Under the pieces are notes generated by a model. That model did no database searches. It was given only the letters and a program-made list of their open reading frames with translations, and was not told the origin of the DNA. A DNA stretch of 63,912 nt, the filler included, from Collodictyon triciliatum (lineage: Eukaryota): the NCBI GenBank assembly GCA_043381765.1. It is 6 parts of 6 records of this genome, joined end to end, with 100 filler letters (N's around TTAATTAATTAA, not from the genome) between each part and the next. Parts side by side here need not be neighbours in the genome. Positions count along the whole stretch, not along the records: positions 32,976 to 49,324 come from JBHJMP010001556.1; positions 49,425 to 59,064 come from JBHJMP010001614.1; 4 more parts are not named here. One strand, given 5' to 3'. A program made the position numbers and the translations under genes. Below are positions 40,601 to 58,655 of this stretch, piece by piece; position 1 is the first letter of the stretch, and each line of letters opens with the position of its first letter.

Positions 40601-41459
40601 GTGAAAAGGATTTTTTCAGGGGCCAAGTTTTAGAGAGAGAGAGAGAGAGAGAGAGAGAAACTGAAAGAGAAAGAGAAAGGGAGAAGATATATCAAATTAT
40701 TCATTACGTCAAAAAGATTCGATTTCTCCTCATTCTTTGTCGAAGTAAATCTAGGCGAGATTTGTCATGTGATTTAGCTATTTCACCGCGGAACGTAGAA
40801 TCACCATTATGGTGGGTGGTGCTTTCTTTTATATTGGAACAACCCATTCGATTCAAGTTATCATCAGGGTTGGCAATTTGATAGGAAGGATTATGATTGT
40901 CTATCTGTTTAGCTTTTGCAAATTCTTTAATTTCCTCCATTAAGTGGTCTGTATTTTCGCTGAGCCTATGCCCATGAACCCAACGGCCACTGGAAGCTGC
41001 AATGACAGATTTCATAGCAGTGCTATCTGTAGACGAGATTGACGTGTGTCTCTTATGTTCTTCTGTGGATGGCCTTATCTTTTTACTTGCAAAAATTCCG
41101 CCTTCTTTTATGCCGCCTAAAATTTTATTTGGTCACCAAAAAAAAAAAGAAAAAAAAAGGAATCAGAATCAGAATCAGAATCAGAAACAAGAACAATAAT
41201 AAAATAAAAAAATCAAGATAATGAAGCCGGCTGATGGCCATCTGTGCAAGTGCATAGTCTAAATAATCATTCATTGATGCCAGGTTATTATATATATTTG
41301 TTGCTCACTTTTGTTGTTGTTCAAACTGGGGTTCTGAACGGTGTTCGGCTCGGATTTATACGAACTTTCGCTTTCAGGAAAATGTGATACTTTGTTCTCC
41401 TCACTCCTTTTGACAACGTTAAGGAAGGGAGGATTCTCTTCGGTAGGGTTACCAAACAT
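34647..41459 (-). CDS. Membrane class III nucleotide-cyclase-like protein (TM-C1-TM-C2) with degenerate catalytic residues
   Basis: LTFDNEEHENEF precedes the first hydrophobic block (39520-40350). C1: DATVILIRTK...LYKQYDAICD...CIKIKSSGNQYMIVFGL. Second TM block at ~36550-37290. C2: FLESVVPASI...VAKTYGSAIM...LSCAISYGESEHGIIGETRFSYDRIGRTVEECRF...VQL. An internal N gap lies at 38162-38467. Confidence 0.8.
36285..36478. repeat. (AAATAATAAT)n repeat in a cyclase intron
   Basis: Direct reading. Confidence 0.95.
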
Positions 41460-43000
41460 GAAAGGGCTATTCCCTCAAGTCTGTTATAGCCTACAAGATT
41501 AAAATAAGAAAAAAAAATTGATGGATAATGGAGAGGCGAAGCAAACCATTTCCTTCGGTAAAAAAATAAAATAAAATAAAATAAAATCTATTTGTTTACA
41601 TTTTATATTTCCTATTCGCTATCCGAGCCAAAGAAATAGTTGGTGAGATGCCCAATCGATCCTCTCTTATTGCTTGTAGGTCTCTGCCTTTCGTTGCGCA
41701 GCAGATCATTTCTGGGATCGTTGTTAAGAGAATCATTCCAGCGGGCTGGCTGCTTGGGAATCAAATGTCTGCTTCGCAAAATTTAGCGCGTCACGCACAA
41801 ACAAGTGCTTCGTTGGGCAAGTAAAAAAAGAGTTTGAAAATGGGAAAAAAAAAAACGTTACAAATGAGGAAATACCTGCAAATAGTATGATGGCAAATTG
41901 CTCTGGCTAATTATGTGTATAAGTATCTCATATATTATTTTAATAAATTGTATATATATTATAAGTAAATACGACTAATTTAATCATCATATATTATATA
42001 TAGTATAAATTCCAGAATAAAAAAGACAATTGTTTCGTTTTCACCCCACTTTCGCTGCGTTTCCGGGTATTTTGTTTGGCGAAGCAGCGCGGGAAAAACT
42101 GGCGGTGACCAAGCGCATCGTCATCATTCCAGACTAGGAAGAAATAATGGAATATGTGCAGAAGAAAAAAAAAGGTGTGGCCAGATGTCGACAAATGACA
42201 AAATATGGGTTTATCAAATTTATCCTTTATTCTGATCAAACCCAACCATCCAGTCACAGGCGATGTGGGGATGAAGACTCGTGTGGGCTGCGGTTCTGAA
42301 CAAAGAAGCTCAAGCAAAAGGCGCACTTGCCACAGTCTTGTCTGATCCTTTGAGATCGCTGGCCAGAGTTTCTATGTTGTTGAGAAGAAAAGCCTGGGCA
42401 ATGTCTTTGTTGGCGCAAGAAACCCGTGCACAGGAGGACTTGCCGGGTTGTGGTGATGCAGCACGGCTTCTTTTCGTTAGGCGGAGTCGGTTTGTTCCAT
42501 TCTCGAATCACTTTTGTAATAAAAGAGGGGAAGGAAGAAGAAAGAAAATGTTCGGTTCGGAAAAGAAAAGAAGAAAGAGGCGATAGCTTTCGCGAAGGAT
42601 GGAAAGGAAGTCCATGAGACTCGACATTACAAAACTAGGTGAAGGCTGACTGGTTCTTATGCACCTGTTCTCTTTTCTTTCAAGGCCTAACTGCGAAAAG
42701 TTGAGAGATTGCTAGTGTTATAGTTGCAGTATGCACGCCACAATGCTACTGACAAGAGAGTCCCGTCCTGGTGGGAGCAAACGGCTTATAGAGACACTTC
42801 TCTTTGTTTTGTCTTTTGCCCTCGTTTTTTTTTTCTCTCTCTCTTTCTCTCTCTCTTCCTCCACTACATCTTTGCCTTTGTTTAAGACAATATACTTTGG
42901 TGGGGTCAAACAACCCTGGTTAAAGACTTCCCCTCACCTTCCCGTACCACCATTTGATCTCGTCACTAAATCAGCCCGTTTTCTTCCTAATCCCTGTAGG

Positions 43001-45017
43001 ATGCGAGCCCTTCTCCAAGGTGAGCTGTCTTTCTTAGTTCTCTTTAACTTAAAGCAAAAAAAAAAAAAAAAAACTGGGACAAAACTGTAACTTTGTGTTT
43101 TATTTACGCGTTTTTTTCTTTAGCTCTTTCCATCGCCAAGAGCACCAGCCTTGGCATCCGCTCCTTCAAGAGCCTGAGCCTCCCTGGAGGCTTCATTCAA
43201 CACAAATGTAAGCTAATTTGTCTTCGTCTTTATTTTGCTTACGTTTATTTTTCTCTTGTATCCTAAAGTATCAGACACGACCCTGCCATTCGGTAGAATG
43301 AGTCAATTTTTCTCGCTATTCAAAAGAATAATACCTCAGAGCAACTGAAGTCAAAGTCTAACCAACCCATATACATACTATCGAAAACATCCAGTCAGTG
43401 CTTTGGGAACTCCCTTGGCTCTGACTCAGCAGGTGCGCTTTGCCGGCAAGTACGACCGTAGCAAACCACACTTGAACATTGGAACGATCGGGCACGTGGA
43501 TCACGGCAAGACTTCGCTGACAGCAGCCATCACCAAAGTCCTCGCCGAGGCGGGACTGTCCAACTTTGTTGCGTATGATCAGATCGACAAGGTGGGTGCT
43601 TCCCACGACTCTTTTTCCTTTTTTTCCTCTTACTCTCCCTTCAACTAGCTATTCACAATATTAACCTACTCCCACAAACAACTAATCTACGTTATAGATA
43701 GGAGTGTAAACATACAAAGACACGATCATAATAATTTATTTTATTTTTTTTTTACATCTTTCAACTCTTTAATCATCTCGCACATCCACATATACGCACA
43801 AACACACACACACACACACACATTTTAGATACACTAAGAGTGCAATGCATATGTAGACCCCGTGAAATGAGCGGGTCCCTTTGCACACAAACTTCCACTA
43901 CTCGTCTTTCTGTGTCTATATCTACACCCATATATATCTGGACTCACCACACCCTCCTATCTGCCTGCACAACGGGCACCAGGCACCAGAAGAGAAGGCA
44001 CGAGGAATCACAATCTTTGCGAGCCACGTGGAGTACGAGACCAAGAACCGACACTACGCCCACATCGACTGCCCGGGACACGCGGACTACATCAAGAACA
44101 TGATTACCGGGGCCGCGCAGATGGACGGGGCGATTCTCGTGGTGTCAGCAACGGACGGGGCGATGCCGCAGACGCGAGAGCATCTGCTGCTGGCCAAGCA
44201 TGTCGGGGTGCCTGCGCTGGTGGTGTTCCTCAACAAGGCAGACGTGGTGGACGACGCGGAGATGCTGTCGCTGGTGGAGATGGAGATCCGCGAGCTGCTG
44301 AGCACATACGGCTTTGACGGCGACAACACGCCGGTAGTGGCAGGGTCCGCGCTCAAGGCGCTGGAGGGCGACAGCAGCGCCATCGGACAGCCTGCGGTGC
44401 TGCGCCTGATGGAGGCCGTGGACGCGTTCATCCCGCAGCCGCAGCGCCAGGTCGACATGCCCTTCCTGATGCCCATCGAGGACGTCTTCTCTATCTCGGG
44501 GCGCGGCACAGTGTGCACCGGCAGTGTGGAGCGTGGCGTCATCAAGGTTGGGGACGAGGTTGAGATCCTGGGCTACGGGGCCACCAACAAGTCCACCTGC
44601 ACGGGGATTGAGATGTTCCACAAGATTCTGGACCGCGGCGAGGCCGGCGACAACGCTGGCATCCTGCTGCGCGGGGTGAAGCGCACAGACGCCCGCCGCG
44701 GACAGGTGATTGCCAAGGCCGGCGCATATGCTGCACACCGCCGCTTCCAGGCCGACGTCTACATCCTGAGCAAGGACGAAGGCGGCCGCCACACGCCCTT
44801 TGCAAACAACTACCGGCCGCAGTTCTACTTCCGCACGGCAGATGTCACGGGGTCCATGGCCCTGCCCGAGGGCGTCGACGTCATCCAGCCGGGCACCAAC
44901 ATCAAGCTCACCGTCGATCTGCTCCACGCCGTGTGCATGCACGAGGGCCTGCGCTTTGCCATCCGCGAGGGCGGCCGCACCGTGGGCCACGGCGTCGTCT
45001 CAAAGATCCTCCCGTAG
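43001..45017 (+). CDS. TUFM: Nucleus-encoded mitochondrial elongation factor Tu; exons 43001-43019, 43124-43207, 43395-43591, 43983-45017
   Basis: Presequence-like [24 protein letters not shown]..., then [43 protein letters not shown] and [11 protein letters not shown]. Confidence 0.97.
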
Positions 45018-45100
45018 GGGCCCGCACGTCGGGGAAGGGGAGGACGCCCGGATTAAAGAGCCGCCGATTGCGCTGACGGTCGGTTCCGCGTCCGGCACGG

Positions 45101-46153
45101 TTACTGTTTATGGGGGTCTTCGCAGGGCAAGGGCAAGGGTGGGAGGGCAAGCAGGTGGCAGGCGGTCTCGTAGCCCCAGCGGGCCAGATAGGGGTCGCAG
45201 GCGGCCGGGGAGGGGTCTTCCTGGACGCAGTTTGCGTAGTGGGCGCCCTGGCGCAGGTGCGGGTGTGGGGCCAGCAGGCAGAAGAGGATGGAGGCGGAGC
45301 CGGCGTCCACGGAGCGGCGGAAGGGGGCGCCCAGGACGTGTGCGAGCGTGCGGAGGGGCGGCGGGATGTTGCGGCCGATGGCGGTGGAGACGTAGCCCGG
45401 GTGCAGCGAGACAAAGAGGACGCCCGCGGCGGGCAGCCTGCGCGCCAGTTCCCGGGCCGTCCAGATGTTGGCCAGCTTGGAGGAGTAGTAGGGCCGCTGC
45501 AGGGCAAAGGGCGCGTCCGTCTGCGCCGCAAAGAGCCGCGCCTGGTGCAGCGCCGCGTGCGACGCGAGGGGCCCCGCGGCGGGCGCGTAGTCCGGGCGTG
45601 CAAGCGTGGCGCGGTGGTGCAGGCGCGACGAGACAAAGACCACGCGCGAGGGCGCCGAGGCGCGCAGGCGCGGCAGCAGCAGATGCACAAGCAGCACGTG
45701 GCCCAGGTGGTTGGCCGCCATCTGCGCCTCGAAGCCCTCCGCCGTCTCCCGCCGCGTGGGCAGCCCAAACACCCCCGCGTTGCACACCAGCGCGTGCAGC
45801 GGGCCGCGCATCCCGACCAGCGCCGCCGCACACGCCCGCACAGACGCCATGTCCTCCAGGTCGCACGCCACCGTCTGCAGCTGCCCCCGCGCCGCCCTCT
45901 GCCCCGCCCCTGCCCCTGCCTCTGCCTCTGCCTCTGCCTCCAGTGCGGCCGCGGCTGTCGCCATCTTCCCCACGTCCCGCACCAGCGCGATCACCTGCGC
46001 CCCGCTGGCAAGCAGATGCCGCGTCGTCTCCAGTCCCAGTCCGCTGCTGGCCCCCGTCACCGCAACAACCTGGCCGGGTCCGTACTGTCCGTACAGCCTG
46101 CAGATCTGCGTGCCGCTTGTGTGCCCTCCTGCCTGGCTCGCTGCGTGTCCCAT
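45101..46153 (-). CDS. Short-chain dehydrogenase/reductase, RDH11-14/WWOX-like, intronless, 350 aa
   Basis: TGASSGLG, CNAG, FEAQMAANHLGH, VFVSS, YYSSK (YxxxK) and SLHPGYV motifs. Confidence 0.92.
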   Translation of the reverse strand: MGHAASQAGGHTSGTQICRLYGQYGPGQVVAVTGASSGLGLETTRHLLASGAQVIALVRDVGKMATAAAALEAEAEAEAGAGAGQRAARGQLQTVACDLEDMASVRACAAALVGMRGPLHALVCNAGVFGLPTRRETAEGFEAQMAANHLGHVLLVHLLLPRLRASAPSRVVFVSSRLHHRATLARPDYAPAAGPLASHAALHQARLFAAQTDAPFALQRPYYSSKLANIWTARELARRLPAAGVLFVSLHPGYVSTAIGRNIPPPLRTLAHVLGAPFRRSVDAGSASILFCLLAPHPHLRQGAHYANCVQEDPSPAACDPYLARWGYETACHLLALPPLPLPCEDPHKQ

Positions 46154-46164
46154 GCTTCGGTGCT

Positions 46165-46341
46165 TTGTTTGTTTGTTTGTTTGTTTGTTTGTTTGTTTGT
46201 TTGTTTGTTTGTTTGTTTGTTTGTTNNNNTGTTTGTTTGTTTGTTTGTTTGTTTGTTTGTTNNNNNNNNNNNNNNNNNNNNNTTTTGTTTGTTTGTTTGT
46301 TTGTTTGTTTGTTTGTTTGTTTGTTTGTTTGTTTGTTTGTT
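46165..46341. repeat. (GTTT)n repeat between the SDR and membrane-protein genes
   Basis: Direct reading, with short N runs. Confidence 0.95.
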
Positions 46342-46430
46342 CTCGCTTCGTTTTTCTTTTTGTTCTCGTTTCGGTTTTTGGTTTTGTTTTTGTTTTTCTT
46401 TTTGTTCTCGTTTCGGGTTTGGTTTTGGCT

Positions 46431-48428
46431 TCATCGTGTTTGTTTGTGGTTTCGGTGTGGCGCGATTCCTTGGTCGGCTTTCTGCTTGGCTTCAGGCGCT
46501 GTATTGTTCTCCACAGTGGTGTTTTCGGTTATGAAAAGAATTCGATTGCGATTTCTTTGGTAGCTCCAGACGAACCGGACAAGAAAGATGGCCAGTGAAA
46601 AGTTCGATGATGCGAATGTTACCTTGGATGACACCAGGTTCACCCCGCCGATTGAGATGGATTTGTCCTGGTGGAACGTGCGGCCGATGCTTAATTTGCA
46701 CAGAAGAGCCTCTGCCATCGCCCACGCAATCCCGATTGTGGCGACGTAGGTCAGGTTTCTGTGTCCAATACTCATACTGTCCGTCGCTAAGCACCAGTAC
46801 ACACTGATAAAGTAGTATCCTCTGAAAAGCATCCGAGTGTCCCAATCGCATAAAGTCCCAGAGGAAATACCTACTTTCGTTAATGTGTAGATGACGAACC
46901 AAAAATCGAAAGACTGAACCATGTATCGAACCATTATAAGGTTGCATGTGGTCAACACTTTGAAAACAATAAATACTATGGCTAAACTGGTTATTATTCC
47001 TGCGATGGTTTGGAAAGTATCACCAAGACAAAAACCAACCCCCAAGAGAAATGAGAATATTACTGACAATACCGAAATAAAGTACCCTCCCATATTGAAC
47101 CATTTAGACCAAAGAATTAGTGGTATGCATTGATTTTTGTCGACAATGTATTTATGGAATACTGTCTGATGTAAGTCATAAAGAATCTCTTTTTCCTCTT
47201 GCACTCCCATGGTGAGAAACAACATTGAATCGCTATTTCCTGACCTTCCTGTTTCCCCATTCAAAGCTTCTCTATCAATACTACCCTGAATGCTCATCTC
47301 TATCCCATTTTTCATGACCAGTCTCCCAATGCTCTCTGGAACCACAGATGTTAGCTCTATACCGCTATTGGATTTCTTCTCCAAACCATTATCAACATTA
47401 GTCGAGGATGGGCTAGCTCCCAAATGATCTACTGCTCCGTCTTGAACCCTTCGAACAATAATTTTCCTTGTCAATCCAATATCCCTATGGGATTCATTTC
47501 CGTAATTGTCATGGAATCCTTCACTATCGATTTCATAAAAATTTGAAAGGAATGTGATTGTGGAAGTTTTCTTGCATATGATGCATGTGTACATTATACG
47601 GAACAAATAAATCATCACCGTAGATAAATTGTCAATAGCCAAGAGTCGAACATCAACAATCTCAATACTTGTATCAGGAAAATATATCTTTTCATACTCA
47701 AATTTACCAGCTTGAATGAATAGCAAGACTATGATTGGTGTATACGACAATAATCCTATGAAGACAAAAAATTGAAGCTGTCTGTTCCTTTTCGCAGAAT
47801 GTGCATCAAAGGAAATGAGTAAAAGCATACTGGTCAATGAGTGTATCATTGCAAAAATGTTCACTATGCTTAATTTCAGTAAAGTAAGGACACAAAACTG
47901 AAATGAAATCCCATTCACCAGTGTATACCAAAAATCAAACGACTGAAGGAGCTCTTTGACAATCCCCACACGAACAAAAGTAGAGTGATGCAAAATCATC
48001 ATCAAGGTACAAAATATTTGAATCGGGATATAAATGTACCCTGGAATGAAGCTCGGTTTGTAGCACAAAGACAAAACATGAAAAGTGCACAAAAACCAAG
48101 AGATGATAAATACGTTTACCAGTATCTGATTTCTCAAGATGCGCACCATGAAACGCAACATCGTCTTATTTCTTACCATTTCTGAAAGAAATGTCCTCCT
48201 CTTTTCGATTTTGAATGTCCTTTTTCGAAGTTTTAACTTAATCACCGATGTGAGACTCTGTCTTTTCATGTCCTCAACACTTTCTCCATTCGGAATATTG
48301 ATTGCCTCAGTTCCAATCGCCACGCTATTGTCTTGGTGCCGGGAGTTTCGATCAGCCCACGCTTGATTTTTGGTCTCCGGCATTTGGTCACTTTCTTCAA
48401 CTTCCACTTTGAGTGAAGCAACCTTCAT
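46431..48428 (-). CDS. Uncharacterised polytopic membrane protein with two homologous TM halves (665-aa uninterrupted exon; possible upstream exon 48866-48755)
   Basis: Long open frame with two hydrophobic blocks, each containing QSFDFW. An upstream ...NIF G|gtaagg joins in frame at cattag|AA ATG. Confidence 0.85.
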   Translation of the reverse strand: MKVASLKVEVEESDQMPETKNQAWADRNSRHQDNSVAIGTEAINIPNGESVEDMKRQSLTSVIKLKLRKRTFKIEKRRTFLSEMVRNKTMLRFMVRILRNQILVNVFIISWFLCTFHVLSLCYKPSFIPGYIYIPIQIFCTLMMILHHSTFVRVGIVKELLQSFDFWYTLVNGISFQFCVLTLLKLSIVNIFAMIHSLTSMLLLISFDAHSAKRNRQLQFFVFIGLLSYTPIIVLLFIQAGKFEYEKIYFPDTSIEIVDVRLLAIDNLSTVMIYLFRIMYTCIICKKTSTITFLSNFYEIDSEGFHDNYGNESHRDIGLTRKIIVRRVQDGAVDHLGASPSSTNVDNGLEKKSNSGIELTSVVPESIGRLVMKNGIEMSIQGSIDREALNGETGRSGNSDSMLFLTMGVQEEKEILYDLHQTVFHKYIVDKNQCIPLILWSKWFNMGGYFISVLSVIFSFLLGVGFCLGDTFQTIAGIITSLAIVFIVFKVLTTCNLIMVRYMVQSFDFWFVIYTLTKVGISSGTLCDWDTRMLFRGYYFISVYWCLATDSMSIGHRNLTYVATIGIAWAMAEALLCKLSIGRTFHQDKSISIGGVNLVSSKVTFASSNFSLAIFLVRFVWSYQRNRNRILFITENTTVENNTAPEAKQKADQGIAPHRNHKQTR

Positions 48429-48477
48429 TTCTAATGTTGGGCTTGTTACTTATTAGTGGAGTGTAAATAGCAGGCAA

Positions 48478-48572
<95 letters not shown>

Positions 48573-49324
48573 CAGCAGCGGTATTTATGAAAGTAGTAGT
48601 CTTTGATTGTTTGAGTTATTTTTTTATTCTGTTTTGTCTTCAGTTGCTGTTGTTTTCATTTTTATCTTTGAGTTATTATCGACTAGTAGGCCTGTGCCGC
48701 AACTGCTTTTTCTGAAAGATCCTCTAATACATAGAGACTCACGATAAACCTTACCAAAGATGTTTGAAAGCAGTGGCTGCAACGACTTTCGCATGGCTGG
48801 GTGGCTCTGACTCACTATCAAAACGGGTCGCGGTGTTGTGCTCTTGGAAAGTCCCAAATTTAGCATGATGAATCATAAAATATCGGTCTTGCGATTCGCG
48901 ATAAATGCCCCTATTTACTAAAGTGGAATATATTAATTTCGATAGATTTTTTCCCTTTATTCGGTTCAAAGTGTAGCGAGTTTATGCCATAATGAGTGAA
49001 TAAAAGGCGCGCGTGGTGGAGAGCAAACACGAGTAGGGAGGACACTGCTGTGGAGATTTTAACACCGGAAAGAAATCAGTGATAGCGTGTCGGTCAGATG
49101 GGCGACCCAACTGGTTGATTGGCTGCGTGGGTAGCAAGGGTTGGATATGCTGTGGGAGATACCGCACGACACATTCTGCGTGTTTTTTTTTTGATGCCTA
49201 TATTTTCGTCGGATATTTTACAGATTTGGAATTTGGACGTTCTGGCCTGGGCTCGAGCATTGCCACAGAAAAAACAAACAAAACAAACAAACAAACAAAA
49301 AAAAACAAACAAACAAAAAACAAA

Positions 49325-49424
49325 NNNNNNNNNNNNNNNNNNNNNNNNNNNNNNNNNNNNNNNNNNNNTTAATTAATTAANNNNNNNNNNNNNNNNNNNN
49401 NNNNNNNNNNNNNNNNNNNNNNNN
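49325..49424. other. Artificial contig linker
   Basis: N44-TTAATTAATTAA-N44. Confidence 0.95.
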
Positions 49425-49607
49425 AGTAAAGTAAAGTAAAGTAAAGTAAAGTAAAGTAAAGTAAAGTAAAGTAAAGTAAAGTAAAGTAAAGTAAAGTAAA
49501 GTAAAGTAAAGTAAAGTAAAGTAAAGCAAAGCAAAGTAAAATAAGATAAAAGTATAATAAGATAGAAGTAAAAGTAAGATAAAAGTAAAAGTAAAAGTAA
49601 GGCCAAC

Positions 49608-49858
49608 CATTGAGCGGCAGAGGCAAAGTCCTGGATCGAATAATACGAGTATCCCAGCAGCGAAAGCGCCGCGCGGCTCTTTGGGAATTCGAGCAGCTCC
49701 TGCGACAAAAGACGGATCACCTCCGTGAACTTGCCGTCGCGGATGTAAGTGTAGATTGTGGCGGTGTATTGGCCTTCGGGGATGCGACGCATCGCTGCGG
49801 CTCCACCTGCTCCGGGTGCGGCTGTGGCGGGAACCATCTGGTAAGATGTGCGCTGCAT
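49608..49858 (-). CDS. TTC30: Intraflagellar transport protein IFT70/TTC30/Fleer, exon 1 (truncated by the linker)
   Basis: RIPEGQYTATIYTYIRDGKFTEVIRLLSQEL...PKSRAALSLLGYSYYSIQDFASAA matches the TTC30 N-terminus. Confidence 0.93.
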
Positions 49859-50793
49859 GGCCGACTCTGTGGATGCGCGCTCGTTGGTTGTGTGTCTCTT
49901 TTCGTGAACACAGGTGAAAGAACAGGGACGATCGGGCCTTTTCTTTGTTGGTTCTCTCTTCTTTTCTTTTTTTTTTTTTTTGATCTTTTTTTTGATCGTT
50001 CTCTAGCGCTGGGGCAGGTAATGTTTTGTGGGAGAAGAGGGCGTTAGTTGGGTCTTCCTGAGAATTAAATGGCTACAATGAAGTGAAGAGGTCATTATTA
50101 TTATTATTTTATTTTTATTTTTATTTTTTTTTATTTTTTTTTTACTATTATTATTATGTTGGGCGCAGTGTTGTATTGCTTTGTTGTGCTTGGCTTGCGG
50201 AAGCAGACAATCGGCTTGATTCAAATCGTGATGTTTTGTTTTGTGATTTTGATTTTCGAAAAGTAACGACTTCCACAATTATATTCCTATTTATGGAATT
50301 TATCATAATATCACAAATAACACTATCAAATAAATTTCATATGATGTTATAGTGGCATAATTTATGAATAATTGTACATATAATAATATAAAATAAATCA
50401 AATTGCTCACCACACAAACCAAACACCCCCGTAACTGGAATTTATACCAACTGGATTTTGTGTCTCTTGCGATTCTTTCCTGCAATCACCCAAAAAACCG
50501 AACCTTTCCTCCAGCGAGAACCGCATCCACTGGAAAACCCGGGCTTCCAAGCGAGTCACTAACCAAAACACTCAAGTCTTGCAGCATTAATTCTTTGATA
50601 TTTTCTGGACGTCCAAGCGAGAGTCACTCTGCGGAAGGGAATGGCGGATCGGGTTCGTTTTGTCGCTTTCTTTCTCCCACAATGGATGCACACCCACCTT
50701 TGTTACAGTACTTGTTGCGCGATGGTCTATTCAATATCAAGCAAAACTGTGAGCTTCTTTGAGCCCACGAGACTAACATTGTGGAAATCAACC

Positions 50794-57491
<6,698 letters not shown>

Positions 57492-58188
57492 AACCAAGCG
57501 ATAAAGATGAGAGAAAAGGCGAAGTCAACAACGAATAAAAACCAAACCAAAAAAAAAAAAAAAAAAANNNNNNNNNNNNNNNNNNNNNNNNNNNNNNNNN
57601 NNNNNNNNNNNNNNNNNNNNNNNNNNNNNNNNNNNNNNNNNNNNNNNNNNNNNNNNNNNNNNNNNNNNNNNNNNNNNNNNNNNNNNNNNNNNNNNNNNNN
57701 NNNNNNNNNNNNNNNNNNNNNNNNNNNNNNNNNNNNNNNNNNNNNNNNNNNNNNNNNNNNNNNNNNNNNNNNNNNNNNNNNNNNNNNNNNNNNNNNNNNN
57801 NNNNNNNNNNNNNNNNNNNNNNNNNNNNNNNNNNNNNNNNNNNNNNNNNNNNNNNNNNNNNNNNNNNNNNNNNNNNNNNNNNNNNNNNNNNNNNNNNNNN
57901 NNNNNNNNNNNNNNNNNNNNNNNNNNNNNNNNNNNNNNNNNNNNNNNNNNNNNNNNNNNNNNNNNNNNNNNNNNNNNNNNNNNNNNNNNNNNNNNNNNNN
58001 NNNNNNNNNNNNNNNNNNNNNNNNNNNNNNNNNNNNNNNNNNNNNNNNNNNNNNNNACATAAAAAAACATACATAAAAAAACATACATAAAAAAACATAC
58101 ATAAAAAAACATACATAAAAAAACATACATAAAAAAACATACATAAAAAAACATAAAAAAACATTTAAATACAATCCATTGAAAAAAG

Positions 58189-58655
58189 TGCTTAGACAGT
58201 AAAGGTGGCGCAATCCTCTCCAAAGACGGACATGTTTTACTAAGTCAGATAGATACGACCAACTCAGTGGCAAAACTGGCCATGTCATACATAGCCGAAA
58301 CCGACACAGGTAAATCCTATAATTATTTGAAAATTACCGTAGCAATAGGCCAAAAAAAAAAGTGCATCGAAGTTACATTCTGTTACTTTTATGCAATAAA
58401 TTCGACTTTGAAAGCAAAGCCAAGAAAAAAAAAGATTTTAGCTTGATTAGATGAGGCAAAATAACATCGCTAAATGGATATTTAAGATTAGATAGAGATA
58501 CAGTTCATTAATATATTTACTATCTCAACATCTCCTACCCGATATTGAACGACACCAGATGGAACAATCACATGTTTCATACTTGTCACTCATATCATGG
58601 AGAGCACGATGCAGCTACGGAAACAAGGGTTCCATCCCATCGACATCATATCTGG
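58189..58655 (+). CDS. Divergent group II chaperonin (CCT/TCP-1 or BBS chaperonin-like), internal exons 58189-58309 and 58559-58655; both ends missing
   Basis: CLDSKGGAILSKDGHVLLSQIDTTNSVAKLAMSYIAETDT|DGTITCFILVTHIMESTMQLRKQGFHPIDIISG aligns to the CCT pattern TxDG..LL...AK.....GDGTT.....G.HP..II.G. Confidence 0.75.

Noticed and set aside
41460-43000. Short ORFs between the cyclase and EF-Tu
   Set aside because: No coherent spliced protein was found; likely 5' UTR exons and a divergent promoter.
44087-46598. Long overlapping and antisense ORFs (587, 474, 330, 307 and 281 aa) over EF-Tu/SDR
   Set aside because: These are shadow ORFs caused by high GC content and run through microsatellites; they have no motifs.
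48846-49255. GGAAAGTCCC...GGGCTC as the RNase MRP P4 helix
   Set aside because: The spacing is long, other conserved regions are not evident, and the first motif overlaps the likely upstream exon of the membrane gene on the opposite strand.
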